Shown here: in pieces, positions 12,785 to 22,900 of the stretch
How positions within the stretch are numbered: position 1 is the stretch's first letter
Layout of the letters: the number at the start of each line of letters is the position of its first letter
Assembly (NCBI RefSeq): GCF_004010195.1
Contig: NC_057718.1
Location: 25,882,402-25,941,882, forward strand
DNA: 59,481 nt
Source: Chiloscyllium plagiosum
Taxonomy: Eukaryota
Direction of reading: 5' to 3'
Made by a program: the position numbers and the translations under genes
The notes under the pieces: model-generated
The model's database searches: none
The model's input: only the letters and a program-made list of their open reading frames with translations
Told to the model about the DNA's origin: nothing

Positions 12785-14480
12785 CAAAGGCACTTTATTG
12801 GAATGTAGCAGCATTGAAAAAAAACATTAATTAGTGTTAGCACAGTAGAGAAGGACGGGTCTAAGTTCAGGTCAGTGAGGTACAGAAGTAGTTTGGGTCA
12901 AGATGAGTAATGGTGAATGCAAGAAATCATTTGTGGGACTGGCTCACAGAACCTGTAACAGTAATCACAAAGTAGGAGAGGATATAAAGGAAGAAACAAT
13001 AGGAGCCTGATCACCGCTCATTTCAATTCCCCTTCCCATTCCCTCTCTGATATGTCCATCCTTGGGCTCCTCCATTGCCACATGTATCAAACCACAAATT
13101 GGAGGAACAACACCCCATCTTCCACCAGGGCAGCCTTCAGCCTGGAAGACATTGAGGTCTCCAATTTCAAATAACCCTCCTAGCCCTGCCTCTTCCGTTC
13201 CATTCCTCTGACTGACCCTTCCAATACCAACTGGATTCACTCCTCCCATTGACCAACCAGGTCATGCTCACCACCTGTGTTCAACTACCACTACCTCACC
13301 ATTCCGTTCCTCACCCCACCCAAAACCCTCCCCCCCGCTTTATCTGCAACTCCCCTTACCCCCACCTGTATTCCTGAAGAAAGGGTATACCCGAAACATC
13401 GATTTCTCCACCTCCTGATGCTACTTGGCTTGCTGTGTTTTTCTAGCTTCCTGCTTGTCTAATGTTGGAAAGAAATGGCAATAATCCAGGGAGAATTCAA
13501 TCTACATTTTGAGTGGAAAAACCAAATGGGCAAGGGTAGTCGAGATGAGGATTCTGTAGAATGTTTACAGGATAGTTTCTTAGAACAGCACATTCTGGAA
13601 CCAACCAGATCGCAGGCTAAATCAGACTTGGTATCATGCAAGGAGATAAGTAAATCAATTACTTAACAATATAGGAACCCGTAGGTTATAGTGATCATAA
13701 TATCAATTTTACATTAAGTTTGGAGAAGAGAAGAATGGGTCCAAGACCAGTATTTTAAACTTAAGTAAGGGCTTTTATGAAGGCATGAAAGTAAGGTATC
13801 TAAAATTAACTGGTTAATTGGATTTTGTGATAAGTAAATACATTTGTAGTGGCAGCCTTTTCAGGGGATATTTAAAAATAGGTTGAAAAGATACATTTCA
13901 TCAAAGAAGGAAAATTCTAAAGCATGGACCCACCTTCTATGATTAACTAAAAAAAGACAGTATCAGACTTCAAGAACAACCATATAATTACAAAAACCTA
14001 GATGGTGGTTCAGAATGATTGACAAAATATAAATCAAAACAAAGGATGACTAAAAGATTAATAAAGACAGAAAAAGATTGGGGTACACAAGAAACATAGC
14101 AATTAATACAGCATGCCATAAGAGTTTCTGTAGATATTTTAAAAATAAACATGTTAACAAAGTGAATTGTAGTTCTATAGCAGGTGTGTTGTGGAATTAG
14201 TATTGGAAAATAAGAAGGTGTCAGATGAATTGAACAGGTATATGATTTTTGTTGCAAGGGAAATAGCTGTCAATAAGCAAACGCAAGGGAGGAAGGAACT
14301 AAAAAATATTCTAATGTCTGGGAAGCGGTACTGAGCAAATTGATGGAGTTATGGGCTAGTATGTCTTTGGCTTCTGAAGTATTTTATCCCAAGGTTTCAA
14401 AATGAAGTGACTGGTAGGATTGTGCATGGATTGGTTTAAATTTTTAAGAAACCCCTATGTTCAGAAAGGGCAAGTAATAG
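12785..14480 (+). mobile_element. Old CR1 LINE ORF2, segment 1 (endonuclease and linker), interrupted by a Penelope fragment
   Basis: Remnants KALY.N..SI, AIIQGEFNLH (GDFN), ECLQDSFLEQHILEPTR..A..DLV, and SDHN. Confidence 0.8.
13008..13460 (+). mobile_element. Penelope-like element 3' fragment nested in CR1
   Basis: HFNSPSHSLSDMSILGLLHC..KLEEQH GIY-YIG tail, C-rich UTR, and terminal CTGAAGA-AAGGGTATACCC-GAAACATC at 13374-13400. Confidence 0.8.
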
Positions 14481-14573
14481 GGGGCAGCTTGGTGGCCCAG
14501 TGGTCAGCACTGCTGCCTTACAGCACCAGGGATTCGGGTTTGATTCCATCCTTGGGTGACTGTTTGTGTGGCG
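14481..14573 (+). mobile_element. HE1 SINE 5' half (split by the ERV)
   Basis: GGTGGCCCAGTGGTCAGCACTGCTGCC...GACTGTTTGTGTGGCG; the SINE resumes at 17713. Confidence 0.85.
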
Positions 14574-14980
14574 TGTCATGGAAATTAAATTGACTCGACT
14601 CAATTATTAGCAAGAGCAACCAAAAAGAGCTTTATTAATTTTAACCTCTGTATTGCAGAGGGGCAACCTGTACTTGACAACAATGCCTTGTGCAAGGGCC
14701 CTGAGCATAATTCATATACTTGTTTTATACTGTTTCTTATCACACTCTCAAGGACAAAGGCTGTGAAGATTTGAGTTGTTATTCTTTTCATTCCCTTGTT
14801 GTGGACATACTGTTCTGATATTTTTCTCTTGTTGAATGTTTACAAAGTTCCACTGAGACAAGCTGTCCCTCGACTGACGACTTCAGCAAAGTGTCAGAAA
14901 GTTTAGTAAAGCATTGTCTTTCAGGTTTCACAGTAAATGGATTTCAGAGTAAACGTTAATTTTGTTAATTTTCCATTACA
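14574..14980 (-). repeat. ERV 3' LTR
   Basis: Minus strand reads TGTAATGGAAA...TTTCCATGACA (imperfect terminal inverted repeat). TATAAAA at 14723-14729 and AATAAA at 14631-14636. About 16 substitutions and 2 indels relative to the 5' LTR. Confidence 0.95.
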
Positions 14981-14994
14981 TTTTTCCCCTTTCT
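14981..14994 (-). promoter_or_regulatory. Polypurine tract (PPT)
   Basis: AGAAAGGGGAAAAA on the minus strand directly abuts the 3' LTR. Confidence 0.9.
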
Positions 14995-15094
14995 GTCATT
15001 TTATGACAACCAGGACAACAAAAAATAGAGAGCCAGATAGCTAAAAATCAGCAATCTTAACAGCTGTTTGTGTTGTAAGGAGCATTTTAAATGG

Positions 15095-15622
15095 TCACAG
15101 CCAACTCTTCGATTTCGAGTTTTTCCTCCTGAAGTCTTTCACCACTATACAGTCTCCAGGTTTTAGATCATGCAGCTTCCCTTCTGCTGGCTGGGGTAGT
15201 GCTGCTTTCACTTGATTCTGTATTTCAGACAGAAGTGTAGAGAGTTTCACACAGTAACACAATATCTCATCCTCACAGTGGCCTGTTATCTGTCCTCCCT
15301 TAGGTCTTGGGTCAATTCCTGTGTTGGGCGGTCTACCAAACAAAATCTCAAACGGGCTAAGATTAGCTCTTCCTCTCCTCCTAGATCTCATATACATTGG
15401 CACAGTCGCAAGTGCCTTTGTCTATGTCACCCCCAGTTCCTCACAACATTTTGTCAATTAAAATTTTTTTTTTAGGGTAGCATTTTTCTCTTTCCACTAC
15501 CCCATGCTCACTGGGTTGTTGGCACAGTGTTTTCTCATGTTTATTCCCAAATAATCACTGATCTTGTTGTAATGCATTATTGACAAATGGTGTCCCATTG
15601 TCACTACTAAGCATTTCAGGGA
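15095..15622 (-). pseudogene. pol: Retroviral integrase remnant (second D and E of the DDE core, plus C-terminal domain), frameshifted
   Basis: IPEMLSSDNGTPFVN; LGINMRKHCANNP..VVER; MYMRSRRRGRANLSPFEILFGRPP; LKPGDCIVVKDFRRK. Confidence 0.88.
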
Positions 15623-15886
15623 TGCTCCTGTATCTACCAAAAAAGGTAACTGGGTACCTTTCACATATAACATAGAAGTAGGCATTGACTTATACGCATC
15701 ATCTTTGTACTGAACATATAGTCCGCGCTCTGCAATCTCAGCGCTCAATATGGGGGTGGGACTTGTTTCAGTGCCCGTAAAGTTAGTAGAAGAGATTAGC
15801 ATAAGCGAGTCTTCGTTGCCAAGCATAAAGGAAAGAGGCTTACCTGTACCTTGTGGTCTGCCCACATCCACCTCAGCCTTCCCCTG
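15623..15886 (-). pseudogene. pol: Retroviral protease N-terminal remnant
   Basis: LPFLVDTGA aspartic-protease active-site motif, in frame immediately after the TGA at 15887-15889; truncated just after DTGA. Confidence 0.85.
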
Positions 15887-16751
15887 TCAGTCACCCTGCT
15901 GTCCAGTCTCCAGGGCAATTGAGGCTGTCTGTGTGGGCACTGTCTCGCCCAGTGGTTCATTGCTCCACAAACAAAGCACCTGCCAGACCTTCCTCTGCCA
16001 GCACCTCTTCCTCTCTCTTTTTTCCGCAGCACCTCCCTCCAACGGCTGGGCGACCATCTGCATCAGAGTAAGCTGAGTTTTATGTGCTTGCTGTTCCATT
16101 TTTAGTTTCCGCTTGTCCTTCTCTTGGGTAAGCAATTTTTCAGCATGTATCGCATGTTGTTCCATCAAATTCAGCTTTTCTGTGTCCCAGGTAATACATG
16201 TGTCCTTTACCTTTTTAGCTATTTCCTCTTTCATTCCATTGATGAAGCTGTTGCTCAGGTGTGCTTCATACGGCATGATTTCTGCCGCCGTTATGTCCTC
16301 GAATGGTCTCAGTCCACTATGGGCGTTATGGACTTCAGTCATCAAGGTCAGGCTCTGAAACAGACTTAAGACACTGTACGGCTTCAATAGGTTGTTTTCC
16401 ATAAACGTCTGCATATGCATTGGTGTTTATAAGTGTGTTTGATCTATCCTTCATTTGAGATTTCCTTTCCCTGATATCAGCCTCAACCTTCCACATATTA
16501 TAAGCACTCCAATTCACAGGTTCTATTTTTCCCTTCCATTTCTCCTTCTCTCGATCCTTCAACCTCGACCTCAATACTTCCAACTGCCTTTTACTAAAAC
16601 TTCCTCTCTTTGGAAAACCACATTCCTTAATCCACAATTCTAACTGCTTTAAAGACTCTGGGCCATACTTATTTAGCATGTATTGTATTTTTGGTTGACC
16701 ATTTCAAGTCCTCTGTGGACCCTCTTTTTGTTTGCTCTTTCCAGAGCCCAT
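15887..16751 (-). pseudogene. gag: gag remnant (MA-like N-terminus, capsid C-terminal part, CCHC nucleocapsid)
   Basis: ATG at 16749-16751 gives MGSGKS (MGxxxS myristoylation motif), in frame with MLNKYGPESLKQLELWIKECGFP across a TGA at 16704-16706. Also HSGL..FINGMKEEIAKKVKDTCITW and GRGRSGRCFVCGAMNHWARQC (CX2CX4HX4C). Frameshifts present. Confidence 0.88.
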
Positions 16752-17282
16752 TTTCAGCGTTACTGGAAAAGTGTTCAGCTTTCTGTTTCTCTCGTGGTAC
16801 CGTTATCTTTTTCCCTTTGACTTGCTTTTTACCACCGGAGGTCTCCTCTCGCATTGGGCGCATCCACCTCAATGCCTTGGTTTTTGTAAACCAAGAAACC
16901 ACATACCCGGTACGTCTTTGGCGAGTCCAACTCAACCAGTGGTGTTTCCAAGTCTAAAATCACCCTTAAACTTGCTGTCTCCTAAACTTTCTAGAGACGG
17001 CAATCCCCTTCCCTTGGGTTTTGCTCAAATACCACGCGAGAGTTTACTGAACCCTTTTCCTGATTCTTTTATTCTCTTAGAGTGAGTCTCGACATGGGAT
17101 TACTTAAGCCACGACTCTTACCCTGACCCTATTCAGTTTGGACCACTGCGCCGGGGCGATCCACAGATTCCCAGTCCTCTCACACAAAGAGGCCAATTCA
17201 GCGCTCGAGATGGAGTGAAAGACCTTCAAGGTGCTGTTGCCTGCACCTCCTGGGAATCTTCAGAATCTTCCCCAGTCGCGGG

Positions 17283-17300
17283 ATCCCAGACAAGCCCCCA
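17283..17300 (-). promoter_or_regulatory. Primer-binding site, tRNA-Pro
   Basis: TGGGGGCTTGTCTGGGAT, a 16/18 match to the canonical tRNA-Pro PBS TGGGGGCTCGTCCGGGAT; both differences are CpG to TpG. Confidence 0.9.
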
Positions 17301-17307
17301 AGTTTAC

Positions 17308-17712
17308 TGTCGTGGAAATTAAATTGACTCGACCAATTATTGGCAAGAGCAACCAAAAAGAGCTTTATTAATTTTAACCTCTGTATTGCAGAGGGGCAAC
17401 CTGTACTTGAAAACAATGCCTTGTGCAAGGGCCCTGAGCATAATTCATATACTTGTTTTATATTGTTTCTTATCACACTCTCAAGGACAAAGGCTGTGAA
17501 GATTTGAGTTGTTATTCTTTTAATTCCCTTGCTGTGGACTACTGTTCTTATATTTTTCTCTTGTTGAATGTTTACAAAGTCACGCAGAGACAAACTGTCC
17601 CTCGACTGCAGACTTCAGCAAAGTGTCAGAAAGTTTAGTAAAGCATTGTCTTTCAGATTTCACAGTAAATGGATTTCAGAGTAAATGTTAATTTTGTTAA
17701 TTTTCCATTACA
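17308..17712 (-). repeat. ERV 5' LTR
   Basis: Direct repeat of 14574-14980; TATAAAA at 17456-17462 and AATAAA at 17364-17369 on the minus strand. Confidence 0.95.
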
Positions 17713-17968
17713 TGGCATTTGCAAATTCTCCCTGTGTTTGCATGGGTTTCCTCCGAGTGCTCCGGTTTCCTCCCACAGTCCAAAGATATGTGGGTTAGGA
17801 TGATTGGCCATGTTAAATTGCGCATAATGTCCAGAGATGCATGGGCTAGGTGGAGTAGCCATGGGAAAGACGGGGTTATAGAGGTAGGTCTGGATGGCAT
17901 ACTCTTTGGAGGGTCATTCTGGACTCAATAGGCCAAAAGGCCTGCTATCACGCTGTCAGGAATATATG
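17713..17968 (+). mobile_element. HE1 SINE 3' half
   Basis: TTTGCAAATTCTCCCTGTG..GGGTTTCCTCC..GGCCAAAAGGCCTG continues the SINE broken at 14573. Confidence 0.85.
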
Positions 17969-17974
17969 AAATAG

Positions 17975-18520
17975 AACTCCTCTATTCAAAAAAGGAGGGA
18001 CTCAGAAAGCAGGAAACTGTAGGCTATTTAACCTAATATATGCTATATCGAAGATGTTAGAAGTTATTGTTAAATATATTATTGCAGGATATCTAGAAAG
18101 GTTCAAGGTAAAAGGCAGAATTAACGTGGTTTTGTGAAAGAAAAATCATGTTTAACCAATTTATAGCACTTCTTTAGCAGCGTATTCTTGATAAAGGAAG
18201 ACCAACGAATGTACTGTAATAATATTTTTAGAAAGAATTTGGTACACGTCACTCCAAAAGCTGTTGTGGAAAGTTAAAACTCCTGGTATGGGAATAATGT
18301 ATTGACGTGGATAGAAGATTGGCTAGATAACAGGAAACAGAGAGTATGCATGAAACAAGTTATCTTCTGGTTGGCAAGATGTAATGAATGGCATGCCACA
18401 GGAATCAGCGTTGTGGCCCAAACCTTTTAGAATTGTATAAATGCCTTGACTAAAAACACGAAAGCTTTGGTTGCTAAATTTGCAGATGGCAAAAAAGGCA
18501 GGTAGGAATGTAAGTGCGGT
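17975..18520 (+). mobile_element. Old CR1 ORF2, segment 2 (RT)
   Basis: TPLFKKGG.QKAGN.R, KSCLTNL, GMPQES.L.P and AKFAD remnants. Confidence 0.8.
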
Positions 18521-18530
18521 GGATTCTTTT

Positions 18531-18810
18531 ATTAGATTACTTACAGTGTGGAAACAGGCCCTTTGACCCAACAAGTCCACACCGACCCGCAACCCACCCA
18601 ATACCTAACACTACAGGCAATTTTAGCATGGCCAATTCACCTGACCTGCACATCTTTGGACTGTGGGAGGAAACCAGAGCACCCAGAGGAAACCCACGCA
18701 GACACGGGGAGAGTGTGCAAACTCCACACAGTCAGTCACCTGAGGCGGGAATTGAACCCAGGTCTCTGGCACTGTGAGGCAGCAGTGCTACTGTGCCACC
18801 GTGCCGCCCA
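18531..18810 (-). mobile_element. HE1 SINE
   Basis: Reverse complement of the HE1 consensus-like copies; head at GCCACCGTGCCGCCCA. Confidence 0.9.
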
Positions 18811-19230
18811 TGGTGGAAAGGTTGGAGAGACTCGATTTGGAGAAGAGAAGAATGGGTCCAAGACCAGTACTTTAAACTTAAATAAGGGCATTTATGAAGG
18901 CATGAAAGTAAGGATATCTAAAATTGACTGGTAAATTGGATTTTGTGATCGGTAAATACATTTATACTGGCAGCCTTTTCAGAGGATATTTAAAAATAGG
19001 TTGAAAAGAGTAAGAGATGATTGATTGAAACATGTAAGATCCTCAGTAGTCTTGACAGGGCACATGTGGTGATAATGTTTCCTCTTGTTGAAGAATCTAG
19101 CACTATGGGTCTCTATTGAAAGATAAGGGCACCCATTTAAGACAGATTAGACATGATCATGCTAAAGGGGGGGAAAGGTTCCAGGGGTTGAGTAGCCTAC
19201 TTTGGCTCCTAATTGTAAGTCCATGTGTAA
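18811..19230 (+). mobile_element. Old CR1 ORF2, segment 3 (C-terminus and 3' end), containing a templated insertion
   Basis: ERLERL.L ... R.DLIET.KIL..LDR remnants flank a copy of 13719-13891. Confidence 0.7.
18836..19009 (+). repeat. 174-bp direct copy of 13719-13891
   Basis: Manual alignment gives about 10 substitutions and 1 indel. Confidence 0.9.
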
Positions 19231-22200
19231 GTCCATCTATTACAATCTTGGGAACCATACAAAATCACTCTTTGTTATATTTTTTAAATCTAGTTCTTAG
19301 GATCATGCCCAAATTCCTAATCTGCTCTCACCAGACAAAAAGGGCAAGAAAGGCTGGTGGAATGCTATTTATTTTAACTCAAGGTGTTTGGAATATTTAG
19401 TGTACAAGTAATACTTGAATAGTTTGGAGTCCAGACAATGGCTAGAGTGCACAGTTCGGTTTGGCTATTACATCTTAGATAAGGTCTATTCGGCTTGGTG
19501 GATGTACCAAAGATCCGCCAGAATAGTACAACTTCTGACAGGATTATGTTGTGAAGACATGTTGCTCTGGCTTACTTTATATTGCCATGAGTGTAGATGG
19601 TTGAGAGCTTGCTCATTTAATCAAGGCATTTCAAGTAACAGAGGAATTTCTGTATAACCTCAATTTCCTTCTTGCGGTCTTTCAAGACTCTGACTATGTC
19701 TTCTATTATCAACATCCTAACTTCCAGACTTTGTTGGAAGTTTCTAAGGTAGTTTTTGGTTTCTCATCTGAATATATTTGTGTACATGGCTTTGTGTCAT
19801 ATTCTGACTTTGGGATGGTTTATTGTTTTATAGGTACTACGTGAATGCATGTCACTGTTGGACAGGGAAGCTGTTTTATTTGCAAGGAATTTCTAGAATA
19901 AATGGAAAAGTCTCTAACATTAGAGGTGAACTTGATCAGAAATATGAATTCTGGAAAGGTTTTTAACTTCTAAATATAAGGTTGCTAAGTTCAAATGTGA
20001 CAAGCCAATTTCTGGCCCAACTAATGTCAGTGCAGACTCGGAATAACGTTTAGATTCCACTGCTCTGTTTTGTTGAGTGCTGTACTGGATGAGAGCTTAA
20101 TCCAGAGGTATCTAGAAGAACGTAGTCTTGAAAGATTTCACTATCAGATTAGAATGTCGAATTAGAACTTTTTCATTCAATCATTCTGTTGACATTATTT
20201 CAATGCCAGTGATATCATTAAGGAGTACTTTCTGCGCAGGATTATTGAATGCACTGCCTGACTAATGCTGATTCAGCTGCATCACACAGTTTGACTCAGG
20301 AACTCTTTCATATTGGGGGCCTTAATATTATCAATACTTGCCGTTTATATTTTTAAAAAGAAAGTCGAAAGAGCAAAATAACATTTAAACATTTAAAAAT
20401 TAATCTAACGTATTGCAATTATTCTTATCAGTCACTGATCATGAGCATCTCAAAAGCACTAATCATTCATTTACAATGAAGAATTAAATATTTTGGTGTC
20501 TACTTCACCTAAGTGTATCAACAACTCCATGAATTTTGCATAGTGTCACAGAAAGATCATTTGTGTTATATATTTGATCACCATATTATGTCCCTTAAAG
20601 TGAATTGGAAATTTAGTACAGAAACAAAATCTTTGCACCCTCTTCCCTTGACTCATTCCTTAATGCCATAATTGGCAAATGTGATCAAGTAGAACTTGGT
20701 CGTCTTGCTTGGTTTGAGCTTAGAGGGATTTGGATAGTTCTTATTTCTACCACTTTGTAGGATATTGAACTGGAACATGAATTGGCAATAAACTATGTTT
20801 TGACTTTACTATTGTACTGAGGAAAGAAATAGGATTTTTATCAGATAAGGCCGGTTGGGGGGTTTGGATACACTTGACTGACATCAGCTCAAATTAAGCT
20901 TGTGTCTTGAGCTGCTTGTAGATTGTTGCATTCGACAATGTTACCTGGTCACAGTTCCTATGCTTATATTGCAACACTAAATCATTTTCATTTCCAGTAC
21001 TTCAGTTTGCACTTTATGAGAAACTGACTCACTAACTCACCCACATAACTTTCAGGCTTCTTCCTCCAGTAAGTTGATGAGAGCTGAAGGAGGTTTTTGA
21101 TACATTAACTCTTCACAACGTTGAAAAGGCCCAAAATTGCTATTTGACACTTTGGGATTAGAAATTGTTTGTGGGTGATTATCAGTTTGTAAAAACAGAA
21201 TGCCCATTCCAGTGAGAAGCCAGACACTTGGTCAAAGGTTTCCAGGGCTCCTTTGAAAGAATTATACGGGTTGTTGCCATTTTTGTGCCTCAGTTTGACC
21301 TCGCCCATTGTCAGCATTGTAGTTTCAGAACATCTCCTGTGCAGGCCCTCCGATATGTCCCAGGAATTGTTAGGAGGGCAACATGGGAATGAGACTGACT
21401 CCAGGTAAACAGTGATCTTAGGAGTCTCTTAGGGTTGTAATGGCATGAAAGGAGGCCATCCAACCCGTGAGGCCATGTCAGATCCCAGGAGAATGCTGTG
21501 GAACTTGGCATTCCTGTTCTTATGGCTTCAAAGAAACTTGTTTTTGAAAATAACTCATTGATGGTGCAACTAATACTGTAGTGACCAATTAAGAATCCTA
21601 CGGTAGAATTTGAACCTCACAGTGCTGATTCTGCAGATATAGCATGGCACAACAAGGAGTTAATTTAGAGAACAACATCCTGACCAATCTGCACGAGGGT
21701 ATCGATGTTGACACATAAAATTCCATTTGAAATAATAGTCAATATATTGGCTAATGTGTGCACAAATCTGTTTTCTTATTTTGTTGGCAGCAATGGTAAC
21801 ACCACAGTATGCAATAGTATAACTGTGATCTACACTTTTCTATATTCAGGCTGCTTTTATCCAAGGATCAGTGGCAAAGGAGGAAACAGAAGGTAGAGAT
21901 AGAAATCTGTATAGATCAGAAAGGAAAAGAGGTGATTGGAGATGTTGGTGTAAGTCTTGACTTTGTGTGATAGGGTAATATGACCACAGTAGGCGGACAG
22001 CCAATCTTGCATCTGAGCCAATCCTTCTTTCCACTGAAGAGCACCAGCTGCTGAGTTCCTTTCGCCCCTTTGCACTGTTGCATAAAGTCAGGATCTGCAC
22101 CTTTGACTGAAGATAGAAAAAGGCAGGGAATGCAAGACTAGTATCTTGCAGTTTTCATTGCCCCTAGCGGTTACCGGACAACATGAATAAGAAGTAAATT

Positions 22201-22676
22201 ATTTAAATACAGGTTTGTCAAACAGGACTATGCATATCGAGACAAGTCTGATATTTTAAATTTCCCTCTACGATGCTATTAATTTTAGCTGCTGAATATG
22301 GTTGCCCAAGGAAGCTGCTGTCAGAGGTGAGTTGATGGATTGATATCGCTCCGACCATTTCCTCCAATAACCTGCTGAAATGACACAGAAGGAAAAGGAG
22401 TATGCAAGGAGTATGCAAACTCTTCTTACAGACCCTTCAGTAGATTATACAGTTGTTAACATTTAATAATCAAGTGCTGGCAAATTGTGTGTACAGGCCA
22501 CTCAGCATTCTGACAGATATCATTCACACAGTGGGTTGAAGTTAATGGAGACCAATGGAATCAGCATAGTGACAAGGGAGAATTGGGCAGGAGTACCAAA
22601 GTCAGATTTCCAACATAGGAAAACCTGGCTTCAATTAAGTTGGGAATAGGAAGAACCCAATTTAGAAATACTGCAT

Positions 22677-22900
22677 AGGAGAAAGTGAGGACTGCAGATG
22701 CTGGAGATCAGAGTCAAGAGTGTGGTGCTGGAAAAGCACAGCAGGTCAGGTAGCATCCGAGGAGCAGGAGAATCAACATTTCGGGCATAAACCCTTCATC
22801 ATTAAAGGGCTGATGAAGGGTTATACCTGAAATGTCAATTCTCCTGCTCCTCGGATGCTGCCTGACCTGCTGTGCTTTTCCAGCACCACACTCTCGACAC
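22677..22900. mobile_element. Palindromic Penelope-derived element with 14-bp TSD
   Basis: TSD TAGAAATACTGCAT at 22663-22676 and 22901-22914; inverted arms; CTGATGAAGGGTTATACCTGAAATGTC at 22810-22836. Confidence 0.88.

Larger units (their letters stand above)
14574..17712 (-). mobile_element. Internally deleted endogenous retrovirus (class I / epsilon-like), two LTRs
   Basis: LTRs of 407 and 405 bp with TG...CA ends; TSD TGGCG (14569-14573) / TGGCA (17713-17717); tRNA-Pro PBS; PPT; gag, protease and integrase remnants. Confidence 0.93.

Noticed and set aside
14995..15094. Possible env remnant
   Set aside because: Only about 100 bp lie between integrase and the PPT; no furin site, CX6CC or clear transmembrane ORF is recognisable.
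17198..17593. 131-aa ORF through the 5' LTR and PBS as an accessory gene
   Set aside because: It spans the promoter, R/U5 and PBS, is broken in the other LTR, and has no recognisable motif.
21199..21404. Open frame bounded by CAG and GTAAAC, a possible exon
   Set aside because: The acceptor lacks a polypyrimidine tract, the peptide is unrecognisable and no partner exons were found; it would need RNA-seq support.
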